From an uncultured virus (IMG/VR IMGVR_UViG_3300017732_000001) (taxonomy: Duplodnaviria > Heunggongvirae > Uroviricota > Caudoviricetes): a stretch of DNA of 62,011 nt. Below are positions 9,227 to 18,346 of this stretch, one piece after another (within the stretch, counting starts at the first letter, position 1; every line of letters begins with the position of its first letter). A program made the translations under genes and the position numbers. The stretch is from IMG/VR virus record IMGVR_UViG_3300017732_000001, one strand, 5' to 3'. The notes under the pieces were generated by a model. That model did not search any database and was not told the origin of the DNA. It saw only the letters and a program-made list of their open reading frames with translations.

Positions 9227-10318
9227 ATGCCTTTCGATCCTATCCCACACACAACCGAAGACTTCTTCAACTATCTTGTAGAGAACTTCGGACCAGAAGT
9301 TTCTGTTCCTAATCTTCTCTCTGCATCTGACCACTTCGGATGTTCTCTTGCCACTGTCAAGAAACGTATGAAGCAGTACAAAGCAGGTTACAACAAGTGG
9401 CAACTCACAGTTACTGAAGCACGTAAGCAACTCGAAGCAGCAGTTGCCCCATCAGTATCTCTTGTTCCTACAACAGATCCCAACTTCATTCCTTTCGGTA
9501 ACTACTCTACAGTCAAGAAAGTTATCAAGAGTAAAGCATTCTATCCTACTTACATTCAAGGTTTGTCAGGAAACGGTAAGACTCTAGGTGTAGAGCAAGC
9601 GTGTGCATCTCTAAATAGAGAGTTGATTCGCGTAAATATCACTATTGAAACAGACGAAGATGATCTTATTGGTGGGTTTCGTCTTGTTGATGGTAATACT
9701 GTTTGGCACAACGGACCAGTCGTCGATGCTCTGGAGAAAGGAACTGTCCTTCTTCTAGATGAAGTTGATCTTGCATCGAACAAGATCCTATGTCTTCAAT
9801 CTGTACTGGAAGGTAAAGGTGTATTCCTTAAGAAGATTGGACGTTATGTACAACCATCCCCAGGATTCAATGTTATTGCAACTGCAAATACTAAAGGTAA
9901 AGGCAGCGATGACGGTCGCTTTGTTGGAACAAATGTTCTCAATGAAGCATTCCTAGAGCGTTTTGCTATTACCCTCGAACAAGATTACCCAACAGTGGTA
10001 ACTGAAACCAAAATCCTCAAAGCAATCTGCTCTGATGATGACTTCTGTAAGCGTCTTGCTGACTGGGCATCTATCATCCGTAGAACATTTGCTGAAGGTG
10101 GAATCGATGAGTTAATCTCTACTCGTCGGTTGGTTCACATTGCCAAGGCATTCAATATCTTCGGTTCCAAAGAAGATGCAATCAAGTACAGCATCAACAG
10201 GTTTGATGATGAGACTAAGCAAGCATTCTTTGAACTGTACGACAAGATTGACGCGGACTTCGCACCCGAAGGTGACAAAGTTGTTCCTTTAAATGGAAAC
10301 GATGTTGACTTAGGGTGA
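9227..10318 (+). CDS. cobS: CobS-like MoxR-family AAA+ ATPase
   Basis: GLSGNGKT, LLLDEVD, ATANTKGKG and NEAFLERF. Confidence 0.9.
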   Translation: MPFDPIPHTTEDFFNYLVENFGPEVSVPNLLSASDHFGCSLATVKKRMKQYKAGYNKWQLTVTEARKQLEAAVAPSVSLVPTTDPNFIPFGNYSTVKKVIKSKAFYPTYIQGLSGNGKTLGVEQACASLNRELIRVNITIETDEDDLIGGFRLVDGNTVWHNGPVVDALEKGTVLLLDEVDLASNKILCLQSVLEGKGVFLKKIGRYVQPSPGFNVIATANTKGKGSDDGRFVGTNVLNEAFLERFAITLEQDYPTVVTETKILKAICSDDDFCKRLADWASIIRRTFAEGGIDELISTRRLVHIAKAFNIFGSKEDAIKYSINRFDDETKQAFFELYDKIDADFAPEGDKVVPLNGNDVDLG

Positions 10319-10344
10319 TAACTCTGATAAACTAAAAGCATCCT

Positions 10345-10509
10345 ATGGATCTCCCTATTAACGACGAGGAACTCCTCACTATTGTCGCTGCCCTTAAACT
10401 GGGTGGCGACACTGCCCTTCACAACAAACTCAAACTTGTTACTGAACTAAAGGCACTAGGGAAACCTTACAAAAAAATCCTTCGAGAACAATACGGTTAT
10501 GTCGTGTAA
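10345..10509 (+). CDS. Small hypothetical protein (54 aa, MDLPINDEEL...)
   Basis: Read manually; fills the gap between cobS and the next gene. Confidence 0.65.
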   Translation: MDLPINDEELLTIVAALKLGGDTALHNKLKLVTELKALGKPYKKILREQYGYVV

Positions 10510-10786
10510 GTATGAAGAAGAGGAAACTCTTCAAAAATTGAAAGAGTACATCACTGGAACATATCGAGGTCACTATTCAGCAGGCAATGATCAGATTCAA
10601 ACTCTAGATCTAATTGAAGCGTGTGGTGACGCTGAGGCATTCTGTAGAAGTAACATTCTAAAGTATGCCTCTCGCTATGATAAGAAGGGATGTGCTAAAG
10701 TGGACCTCTTTAAGGTGATGCATTACGCAGTCCTTCTATTCCATTTCTCTAACAAGAACCAAATTACTGAATCCTATCCTCAATGA
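10499..10786 (+). CDS. DUF3310 / T7 gp1.7-like nucleotide kinase domain protein
   Basis: HYS..IQTLDLI..FCRSNILKYASRYDKKG..DLFKVMHY. Confidence 0.7.
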   Translation: MSCKYEEEETLQKLKEYITGTYRGHYSAGNDQIQTLDLIEACGDAEAFCRSNILKYASRYDKKGCAKVDLFKVMHYAVLLFHFSNKNQITESYPQ

Positions 10787-11466
10787 GCACAGTCAAGATT
10801 TCTAAAAAAACACAATCAATCCTAAAAAACTTTGCTACCATCAATAAGTCGATCGTTATTGATCCTGGCAGTAGGATCCGTACGATCTCTGTCAATCGCA
10901 ACATTTATGCTTCTATCGAAGTTGCTGAAAAGTTCCCTCAGCAAGTCCCGATTTATGACTTGGGTCTTTTCCTCTCTGGTCTCTCGTTGTTTGAGAATCC
11001 AATTTTTGACTTCAGTGATCCTCAGAAACTTGAGATCAAAGATGAAGTCCACCAAGCAAAGACACAATACTACTACAGTGACCCAGACATCATCACGAAA
11101 CCACCGTCCAAAGAGTTGGACATCCCTGGGGTAGATGTAGAATTTAATCTTCGCACTGATACTCTTGCTGACCTTCAACGTGCTGCATCCGTTTACCAAG
11201 TACCTGACCTATGTCTGTACAATGGTGGTGGTAACATCAACTTGATGGTTTGTGATAAGAAGAATGAAACTAGTAACACATTCAGTGTTCCAGTTGGTGT
11301 TCTTGATTCTCCTGAGGATGAGTTCTGCTATTGTTTTAAAGTAGAGAACCTTCGTCTTCTCCCTGGTGATTACAAAGTTCGTATTGCTAAGAACAAGATC
11401 GGTCACTTCCAATCAACCAGTACAGATCTTGAATACTACATCGCTCTAGAACCTAAAGGCAAATGA
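10783..11466 (+). CDS. gp45: Sliding clamp gp45
   Basis: ILKNFATIN, IYDLGLFL, ENLRLLPGDY and YYIALE. Confidence 0.93.
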   Translation: MSTVKISKKTQSILKNFATINKSIVIDPGSRIRTISVNRNIYASIEVAEKFPQQVPIYDLGLFLSGLSLFENPIFDFSDPQKLEIKDEVHQAKTQYYYSDPDIITKPPSKELDIPGVDVEFNLRTDTLADLQRAASVYQVPDLCLYNGGGNINLMVCDKKNETSNTFSVPVGVLDSPEDEFCYCFKVENLRLLPGDYKVRIAKNKIGHFQSTSTDLEYYIALEPKGK

Positions 11467-12035
11467 TTAAATCTGACCTCTTCTCAGTTCCAGTTTATAT
11501 CCACTCAGTAAAAGACTGGGAAACAATCAAGATGAATTTCTTGAACGAGATTAACTGGAACGATCCAGAGTGTCAGGATTTGATGCAAGATGATTATCTC
11601 AATGGGGGGTATAGCGATTTCCATAAGTATTACGCTGCAGGACGCAACCCAGAATACTATGATGAGTTAATGACAATCTTGCACGAACCGCTCCAAGTGT
11701 TTGCTAGTATGAACCCTGGAGCATTTGTGTCAAATGCGTGGTGCCAAAAGTATCCCGCTAACACTTGTCACGCTGCACACAATCACGGTGCAATTGGATA
11801 CTCTTCGGTATTCTATGCACAACTAGGCAGAGCACATAAACCCACATCATTCTTCTCACCGTTGATTGATCCGTGGACTGGACAAATCGAATCGATTGAA
11901 CCAGAATGTAGGGAAGGTGATATAATTTTCTTCCCATCCTATCTTATCCATCAGTCACAACCACATCGTGCTGCTGAAGATAAGATTATATTTTCTTTCA
12001 ACTTACATCTCTCAGGAGAGACTATTTCATTATGA
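11463..12035 (+). CDS. 2OG-Fe(II) oxygenase (HxH type)
   Basis: AWCQ..HNHG..EGDIIFFPSYLIH..IIFSFN. Confidence 0.78.
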   Translation: MIKSDLFSVPVYIHSVKDWETIKMNFLNEINWNDPECQDLMQDDYLNGGYSDFHKYYAAGRNPEYYDELMTILHEPLQVFASMNPGAFVSNAWCQKYPANTCHAAHNHGAIGYSSVFYAQLGRAHKPTSFFSPLIDPWTGQIESIEPECREGDIIFFPSYLIHQSQPHRAAEDKIIFSFNLHLSGETISL

Positions 12036-12973
12036 GTGATTTTCTTTGGTGTGAACAATATCGTCCTCGTAAGATCGACGATTGTATTCTGCCCGAGAAT
12101 ATCAAGAGTGTACTAAACAAGTTTGTAGAGCAAGGTGAGATCCCTAACCTGCTACTGTCTGGACCTCCTGGTATTGGCAAGACTACAGTAGCAAAAGCAT
12201 TATGTGAACAACTAGAGGCAGACTACTATGTCATCAACGGATCAGACGAAGGACGGTTTCTCGATACAGTCAGAAACAATGCGAAGAATTTCGCTTCGAC
12301 CGTATCGCTTACTTCAACTTCTAAACACAAAGTCATCATCATTGACGAAGCAGATAACACAACCAATGATGTTCAACTCCTCCTACGGGCAAGTATTGAG
12401 GAGTTTAGTGGCAACTGCAGATTCATCTTCACCTGCAACTACAAAAACAAAATCATTGCCCCCCTCCATTCTCGCTGCTCAGTTGTTGACTTCGGAATCA
12501 CAGGCAAACAAAAGCAACAACTCGCAGCAGAGTTTTTCAAGCGTGTCCAGTCCATCCTTGAAGAGCAAAAGGTCTCTTCGGAACCTCGTGTTCTGGCGGC
12601 GCTAGTACAGAAATATTTCCCTGACTTCAGACGTACACTAAATGAACTCCAACGTTATTCTTCTATCGGTAAGATTGACACTGGTGTTCTTGCTGCTGTA
12701 TCTGATACTAAACTTGACGACCTAGTAAAGTTTCTCAAGGACAAAGAGTTTACTAAGATGAAGAAGTGGGTTGTTCAGAATCTGGACAATGAACCTACAC
12801 AGATCATCAGGAATGTGTACGACAGTCTCTATACATATATGTCACCACGATCTATTCCTGAGGCAGTTCTTCTTATTGGTGAGTACCAATACAAGGCAGC
12901 GTTTGTTGCTGACCAAGAGATTAACTTGGTTGCTTTCCTTACTGAACTTATGATGAGGTGCGAGTTCAAATGA
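12032..12973 (+). CDS. gp44: Clamp loader large subunit gp44
   Basis: WCEQYRP, GPPGIGKTT, IIDEAD and SRC. Confidence 0.96.
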   Translation: MSDFLWCEQYRPRKIDDCILPENIKSVLNKFVEQGEIPNLLLSGPPGIGKTTVAKALCEQLEADYYVINGSDEGRFLDTVRNNAKNFASTVSLTSTSKHKVIIIDEADNTTNDVQLLLRASIEEFSGNCRFIFTCNYKNKIIAPLHSRCSVVDFGITGKQKQQLAAEFFKRVQSILEEQKVSSEPRVLAALVQKYFPDFRRTLNELQRYSSIGKIDTGVLAAVSDTKLDDLVKFLKDKEFTKMKKWVVQNLDNEPTQIIRNVYDSLYTYMSPRSIPEAVLLIGEYQYKAAFVADQEINLVAFLTELMMRCEFK

Positions 12974-13557
12974 AATTGAAATACCCAAAAGCGTATAACT
13001 TTGTAGACGCTCTAACAGATATTAGATCAGCAGTCTTGCTGATTGGACTCCACGGTGAAAACCTTATTGGTTTAGAACTTGGAGTCTTTCGTGCAGAAAG
13101 TTTTCTAACTATTTTACAGAACTGTCCTAACGTAAAGAAGTTGTACGGTGTTGATAACTGGGAACCATACACAGACTGGATGAACCCAGAAGGTGATGGT
13201 CCTTTAAACTCTACTTCTCCTGCACAGATGGAGACACACGAATGGATCGCCAAGCATCATATCAAATGGTCTGGTGAGCAACATCGTTCTGAACTTTGGA
13301 AAGGTAATACAGATACCCTTCACGAAGACTGTGACGATGAGACATTCGATTTTATTTTCTTTGATGCTTGGTTAAATTACGAACAAGTAAAGCGTGAACT
13401 AAATGATTGGTATCCTAAAATTAAAAAGGGTGGTCTAATCATTGGGCACGATTACAATGCTGAACCAGTTAATGTTGGTGTGGCAGAGTTTAGAGATATA
13501 AATGACATCAATAGTCATATGGCAACATATGATTCTATGTTTACTTGGAAAAAATGA
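12970..13557 (+). CDS. Class I SAM-dependent methyltransferase (Methyltransf_24-like)
   Basis: GLELGVFRAES, YGVDNW, FDFIFFDA and KKGGLIIGHDY. Confidence 0.8.
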   Translation: MKLKYPKAYNFVDALTDIRSAVLLIGLHGENLIGLELGVFRAESFLTILQNCPNVKKLYGVDNWEPYTDWMNPEGDGPLNSTSPAQMETHEWIAKHHIKWSGEQHRSELWKGNTDTLHEDCDDETFDFIFFDAWLNYEQVKRELNDWYPKIKKGGLIIGHDYNAEPVNVGVAEFRDINDINSHMATYDSMFTWKK

Positions 13558-13637
13558 ATCACATTGGATTAGAAATTGTCTTCTGGACAACTCTTACATT
13601 TTATATTTTAGTTAGACTAGGAGTATTCAAGAAATGA
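13554..13637 (+). CDS. 27-aa membrane micropeptide
   Basis: MNHIGLEIVFWTTLTFYILVRLGVFKK; ATGA-coupled at both ends. Confidence 0.55.
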   Translation: MNHIGLEIVFWTTLTFYILVRLGVFKK

Positions 13638-14308
13638 AATTGAATTACCCGAAAGCAATGAAAAAGCACGAGATCTTTCCTATCGAGATCTTTACCTTTG
13701 AAAGACCCGATCTTGTAGATCCTATCTTGGATGCTCTTGATCCTATTGAACGTGGTATGTTTAACTTCCCACATCCTGTACAGTCTACTAAAGGTAATCT
13801 TCAAAACCTTCCTGCATTTCAACCACTTACAACTTGGATCGAAGAATGTCTGGAAGAGATTAAGGTTGATCAAGAGTTTGAGATGTGGGGTAAGTTTGAA
13901 GTCTCTATGATGTGGGGAAACGTATCGATGCCACATTCTGAAGGGATGCATCAACCACACAGACACCCTCTTTCATACTGGTCAGGTATCTTCAATCTAA
14001 CTGAAGGTCACCCAACGCAGTTCCAAGACCCCTGTTGGGTCCGTTCTTACAATCAGATGGAAGTAGTCTCCTCAGCATATAAGAACGCTTGTAGCGCCCC
14101 TGAGTGGCGTCCTGGGACACTGGTAGTCTGGCCAAGTTGGTTAATTCATTTTTCAACACCTCACGTGGGTGATATGTTCCGTGCAAATATTGCGTGGAAT
14201 GCACTTCCAACTGGTCCTATTAACTTCGGACCCTTCGGACAAAATATGACCAACATCAAGTTGGTTCAAGATGACCCTGTTATGCAACCAAACCCTAATG
14301 AAAATTGA
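13634..14308 (+). CDS. 2OG-Fe(II) oxygenase (HxH type)
   Basis: MWGN..HQPHRH..SGIFNL..VWPSWLIH..RANIAWN. Confidence 0.8.
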   Translation: MKLNYPKAMKKHEIFPIEIFTFERPDLVDPILDALDPIERGMFNFPHPVQSTKGNLQNLPAFQPLTTWIEECLEEIKVDQEFEMWGKFEVSMMWGNVSMPHSEGMHQPHRHPLSYWSGIFNLTEGHPTQFQDPCWVRSYNQMEVVSSAYKNACSAPEWRPGTLVVWPSWLIHFSTPHVGDMFRANIAWNALPTGPINFGPFGQNMTNIKLVQDDPVMQPNPNEN

Positions 14309-14471
14309 CAAGCACTACGATCCTTACAAGGACCTAGAGAACGAAATTCTTGATGACATCAAGTATGCTTCAGAAAGAATTGGTGGTATAATGAATACAC
14401 ATATCAAAGTGAGTCACACTGGTGAGCAGTGTAAGGTAATTACTATTGAGTATGACTTTAAAGTACAGTGA
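14298..14471 (+). CDS. Hypothetical protein
   Basis: Short ORF filling the gap; C-terminal KVITIEYD. Confidence 0.55.
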   Translation: MKIDKHYDPYKDLENEILDDIKYASERIGGIMNTHIKVSHTGEQCKVITIEYDFKVQ

Positions 14472-14472
14472 G

Positions 14473-15312
14473 ATGAAATCGTACAAAACTCCGCTCCGCT
14501 ATCCAGGTGGGAAGTCACGTGCTGCTGCAAAACTGTATCCACAGTTTCCTGATTACGTGAAAGAGTTTCGTGAACCATTCCTAGGTGGTGGTTCTATGGC
14601 AATTTATTTCTCAAAGGAGAATCCTGACACCCCTGTCTGGGTGAATGATACTTACTTTTACTTGTATAACTTCTGGGTACAACTTCAAGATCGTGGATAC
14701 GAATTGAGTGATACTCTGATGTCAGTCAAGAATCATCACGACAATGAGCAGAAAGCAAGAGAACTCTTTCAGAAATGTAAAGCAGACATTGGAAATGTGG
14801 ATGAGTTTCAACAGGCAGTTTATTTCTACGTGCTTAATAAGTGTTCATTCTCTGGACTGACAGAGAACAGTTCATTTTCTAAGCAGGCATCTGTATCAAA
14901 CTTCAGCAAGAAAGGAATCAGGAAACTTGCACACTATAGTCATATCATTGAGCACTGGGAGATCACTAACAATGACTATGAAGATCTGATGACGGATGAT
15001 CAGGATATATTTTGTTTCCTAGATCCTCCATATGACATCAAAGATTTCTTGTACGGAACCAAGGGTTCTATGCACAAAGGATTTGATCATCAAAGGTTTG
15101 CACGTGTATGTAATGAGTCTACCTGCAAATGGATGATCACCTATAATTCAAATGAAAATACTCGTGGTCTGTTTCCAGATCACACACAGGCAGAATGGGA
15201 TCTCACATATACAATGAGATCTACAGGCGGTTACAACGCTGCACAATCAAAACGTAAAGAACTTCTCATCACCAACTATGTCAAAGCACCACAAGGATTA
15301 CCCTTTAACTGA
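14473..15312 (+). CDS. dam: Dam/D12-class DNA N6-adenine methyltransferase
   Basis: PLRYPGGKS, EPFLGGGS, DPPY and ELLITNY. Confidence 0.9.
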   Translation: MKSYKTPLRYPGGKSRAAAKLYPQFPDYVKEFREPFLGGGSMAIYFSKENPDTPVWVNDTYFYLYNFWVQLQDRGYELSDTLMSVKNHHDNEQKARELFQKCKADIGNVDEFQQAVYFYVLNKCSFSGLTENSSFSKQASVSNFSKKGIRKLAHYSHIIEHWEITNNDYEDLMTDDQDIFCFLDPPYDIKDFLYGTKGSMHKGFDHQRFARVCNESTCKWMITYNSNENTRGLFPDHTQAEWDLTYTMRSTGGYNAAQSKRKELLITNYVKAPQGLPFN

Positions 15313-15688
15313 TTACTTAAACAGTATTAATTTCACTAAAGAAGATCTTCGTGAACGTGGTGAAGACTGGATGAGGAAGTATCCTCCATACATTGTCAAC
15401 AAATGTTTTAGTGGATTCAAAGAGACTGTGCTATATGCCAATGCTCTCAATGAGTTTCACCAACTTGATAATGATCTTCAATATTCATTTTATCTAAATA
15501 GTCTGAGAAAGAAACGTCGTTTCTCTCCTTGGCAGCGTAAGGACAAGATTGATAATCTTGACCTCATCAAAAAATACTTCAAGTATTCAGATGAAAAAGC
15601 ACGGGATGCGCTTCGTATTCTGACCAACGATCAGATTGAATTGATTAAATTAAAAATGAATACTGGAGGTAAAACCAATGGCAGGTGA
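15278..15688 (+). CDS. gp62: Clamp loader small subunit gp62
   Basis: YLNSIN, YPPYIVNKC and RKKRRFSPW; synteny. Confidence 0.9.
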   Translation: MSKHHKDYPLTDYLNSINFTKEDLRERGEDWMRKYPPYIVNKCFSGFKETVLYANALNEFHQLDNDLQYSFYLNSLRKKRRFSPWQRKDKIDNLDLIKKYFKYSDEKARDALRILTNDQIELIKLKMNTGGKTNGR

Positions 15689-16100
15689 GATCGAGATCTC
15701 TTGGTCACCCGATATTATGGTCGAAGTTAGTCTCAAGCAACCAGATGATTTTCTGAAAGTTAGAGAGACGCTTACCAGAATCGGTGTAGCATCGAGAAAG
15801 GAAAAGAAATTATTTCAGAGTTGTCATATTCTTCATAAGAAGGGCAAGTATTATATCGTACACTTTAAAGAGTTGTTTGCGTTGGATGGAAAGCACGCGA
15901 ACCTAACTTCTAACGATGTAGAACGTCGCAATAGAATTACTAAACTACTATCCGACTGGGGACTTGTAGATGTTGTTGATGAAGAACTTGGTGAACTTGC
16001 ACCGTTAAATCAGATTAAGGTTATCTCTTACAAGGACAAGGGTGAATGGATTTTAGAGTCGAAATATAATATCGGTAAGAAACGTCAGGTCGCAGAGTAG
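15678..16100 (+). CDS. regA: Translational repressor RegA
   Basis: DDFLKVRETLTRIGVAS and QSCHILHKKGKYYIVHFKELF. Confidence 0.96.
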   Translation: MAGEIEISWSPDIMVEVSLKQPDDFLKVRETLTRIGVASRKEKKLFQSCHILHKKGKYYIVHFKELFALDGKHANLTSNDVERRNRITKLLSDWGLVDVVDEELGELAPLNQIKVISYKDKGEWILESKYNIGKKRQVAE

Positions 16101-16128
16101 ATATATATAGTAGTCCTTCACAGTGACT

Positions 16129-16569
16129 ATGGCAGACGAAAAGAAACAACCTCCTAAATCCGAAGAGAAACCAAAAGGTTTCTTCGGTCGCTTAAAGGAA
16201 GCATCAGAAGATAAGGAAGAACAACTCGCGATACTATCAACGTTCGTGAGACTTGGGATTCTGGTTTGGTCTGGTGGAATTCTGACGTTAGCGTACGTTG
16301 ACTTGCCAAAGGCACTCAACTTCCCCGAGCAAGATCTCGATCCAACTTTCATAGCTTCGGTCTTCACTGGAGTTTTAGCTACTTTTGGCGTTCAGACTGC
16401 CAAGAAGAATAACGGTGCTGCTACTGGTGGTGGCAGTGGGATAACAAAGGCAGATATGGAAAGACTAATTGAGGCAGCGTCACAGACTGCTCCTGCACAA
16501 GTCATCCGTGTCGAACAAGCACCTTTGAAAATAACTACCGAAACTGATCCTAAAAAGTATGAGATGTAA
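16129..16569 (+). CDS. Membrane protein with two hydrophobic segments
   Basis: VRLGILVWSGGILTLAYV and DPTFIASVFTGVLATFGV. Confidence 0.75.
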   Translation: MADEKKQPPKSEEKPKGFFGRLKEASEDKEEQLAILSTFVRLGILVWSGGILTLAYVDLPKALNFPEQDLDPTFIASVFTGVLATFGVQTAKKNNGAATGGGSGITKADMERLIEAASQTAPAQVIRVEQAPLKITTETDPKKYEM

Positions 16570-16571
16570 TT

Positions 16572-16811
16572 ATGCAAAAAGTAATTAACGGACTTGTTGT
16601 AGTTAACTTTGTTTTCGCTGGTGTTCTTACTGGCGTTTTCGTTTATGGTTACGTCAACAGAGATAAAGTTGCAGAACAGGCAAGAGAAAGACTAACCAAT
16701 TTGGTTGTCGAAGCAGTAGGTGGTATCGTTCCTGGAATGATGGACGATATGATTCCTGATGTTAGTGGTCCTGCGATGCCCCCAATTAAACCAACTATCC
16801 CAGGAATGTAA
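16572..16811 (+). CDS. Small membrane-anchored protein with a Pro-rich tail
   Basis: N-terminal transmembrane helix. Confidence 0.7.
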   Translation: MQKVINGLVVVNFVFAGVLTGVFVYGYVNRDKVAEQARERLTNLVVEAVGGIVPGMMDDMIPDVSGPAMPPIKPTIPGM

Positions 16812-17365
16812 TGAAATGGTTCGCTGTTAGTGCAGGTGTATTATTCGGTGTAGCACACATCGGAATGATCGGTCTGATTGCAAACAAACAAACACTTCCA
16901 ACATTGAATCCTCCAGTAGGACCCTATAGTTCTTATGATGCATCTGTATCAGAAGATGGTTATCGGATTATCTACAAAGGTAATGATCCAAAAGTGATGA
17001 GTAAAGATACATACATTGACAAAGAGAATGGATTCTTTGGTATTGGTGGTAACACTAATATTAGAAAGTCAAATCAATATACTATGGATGGTAACCTCCA
17101 TTTAGGAGGTGGTTCCGCTGACGGAATGGGAAAGTTATCTGCCAAGAAACTAGAGTGTATCAAGGCGGAAGGTGGTGGAGAACAGACAGGTGCCGTGGTA
17201 GGCGCTAGTGTCGGTGCCGCTGCTGCTCCTGCCCTATCAGGTGTACCGTTTATTGGTCCAATCCTAGCAGGTGGTGTTGCTCTATTTGGTGGTAATAAAG
17301 GTGCAGACATTGGTGGAGAGATTGCTCTCAGTATGAATGACTGCGAAGAGGAAATGACTGAATGA
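16811..17365 (+). CDS. Membrane protein with a glycine zipper
   Basis: N-terminal hydrophobic helix; GAVVGASVGAAAA..GGVALFGG..GADIGG flanked by two Cys. Confidence 0.75.
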   Translation: MKWFAVSAGVLFGVAHIGMIGLIANKQTLPTLNPPVGPYSSYDASVSEDGYRIIYKGNDPKVMSKDTYIDKENGFFGIGGNTNIRKSNQYTMDGNLHLGGGSADGMGKLSAKKLECIKAEGGGEQTGAVVGASVGAAAAPALSGVPFIGPILAGGVALFGGNKGADIGGEIALSMNDCEEEMTE

Positions 17366-17622
17366 TCGGTCCTTTCCTCAAAAAGTTAATTAAGTATTAC
17401 CTTGAGAAACTTTTGATGTGGTTGAGACTGCTAAAATTTAATCTCGAACTCGACTCAGAGATCGATGAGTATCACAAAGCACTAGATAAAAGAGATGAAG
17501 AACGTAACTTACCTAGAGTAATCGAAGAAGGAGTCTTCGGTGAAGACGGTTGGTCTATTTCTATAAGTTCAGATTATGACAGAGATTCCACAGATCGGAG
17601 TACGGAAACTAGAGATACCTGA
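17362..17622 (+). CDS. Hypothetical protein
   Basis: ATGA-coupled. Confidence 0.55.
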   Translation: MIGPFLKKLIKYYLEKLLMWLRLLKFNLELDSEIDEYHKALDKRDEERNLPRVIEEGVFGEDGWSISISSDYDRDSTDRSTETRDT

Positions 17623-18346
17623 GGTTCAGACTTACGACTGGATCAATAGTATGCCTCAAGCAATCCCTATCTACCCACCCGTTACTACACAGGTGGGAGT
17701 ACCGATTGTTGATATGCCTGGGTGTGTAGAGGCACATCCATCTGATGATGGTAAGAATAGTAACTTAGTTGCTGACGATGATAGCGGAGCAAGAATATAT
17801 TGTGATGCAGGTATGCCATCCTTTAATGCGATGGACTACAACAAGGATGATCTAAAGTTTGAGGCACCTCCTATAGTGCCACCTAAGTTTGAGAATGAAC
17901 AACCAGATCTGACTGTACCAGATACAAAGGTACCAGACATCCCTAGTACAGAATGTCCTACTAGGACACAAGAATTAAAAAACCCCATAGGAAAGATCCT
18001 ACAGGGTAATAAGAAGATAGTTTCGTACGAACTTGTTGGTAAAGAATGTATTGAGGTTACTGAACCTTTGACTGTGACTCAGCAGATAACAGAGAACATT
18101 CCCAATGCAGGACTAATAGTTACTACTGGTTCAATTGCCGCTGTTGCTGCCACGTCTGCACTGCTCGCAAAACCGATTGTCGATCTTCTTTTGAAAGTGG
18201 TGAAACCTGTTGTGAAGAAGACGATAACGAAGATTTCGGTTGCTCTCGGAAAGACTCCACGTCTCCAATCTCAAAGGGACCGCCAAGATCATCAGCGGAT
18301 GAGGACACGGGCACTTCGCGAACTTCGGAAGATGAAGAAGAGGTAG
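17576..18346 (+). CDS. Pro-rich protein with a C-terminal hydrophobic helix and basic tail
   Basis: PIVDMPGCVEAH, paired Cys and SIAAVAATSALLAKP. Confidence 0.75.
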   Translation: MTEIPQIGVRKLEIPEVQTYDWINSMPQAIPIYPPVTTQVGVPIVDMPGCVEAHPSDDGKNSNLVADDDSGARIYCDAGMPSFNAMDYNKDDLKFEAPPIVPPKFENEQPDLTVPDTKVPDIPSTECPTRTQELKNPIGKILQGNKKIVSYELVGKECIEVTEPLTVTQQITENIPNAGLIVTTGSIAAVAATSALLAKPIVDLLLKVVKPVVKKTITKISVALGKTPRLQSQRDRQDHQRMRTRALRELRKMKKR

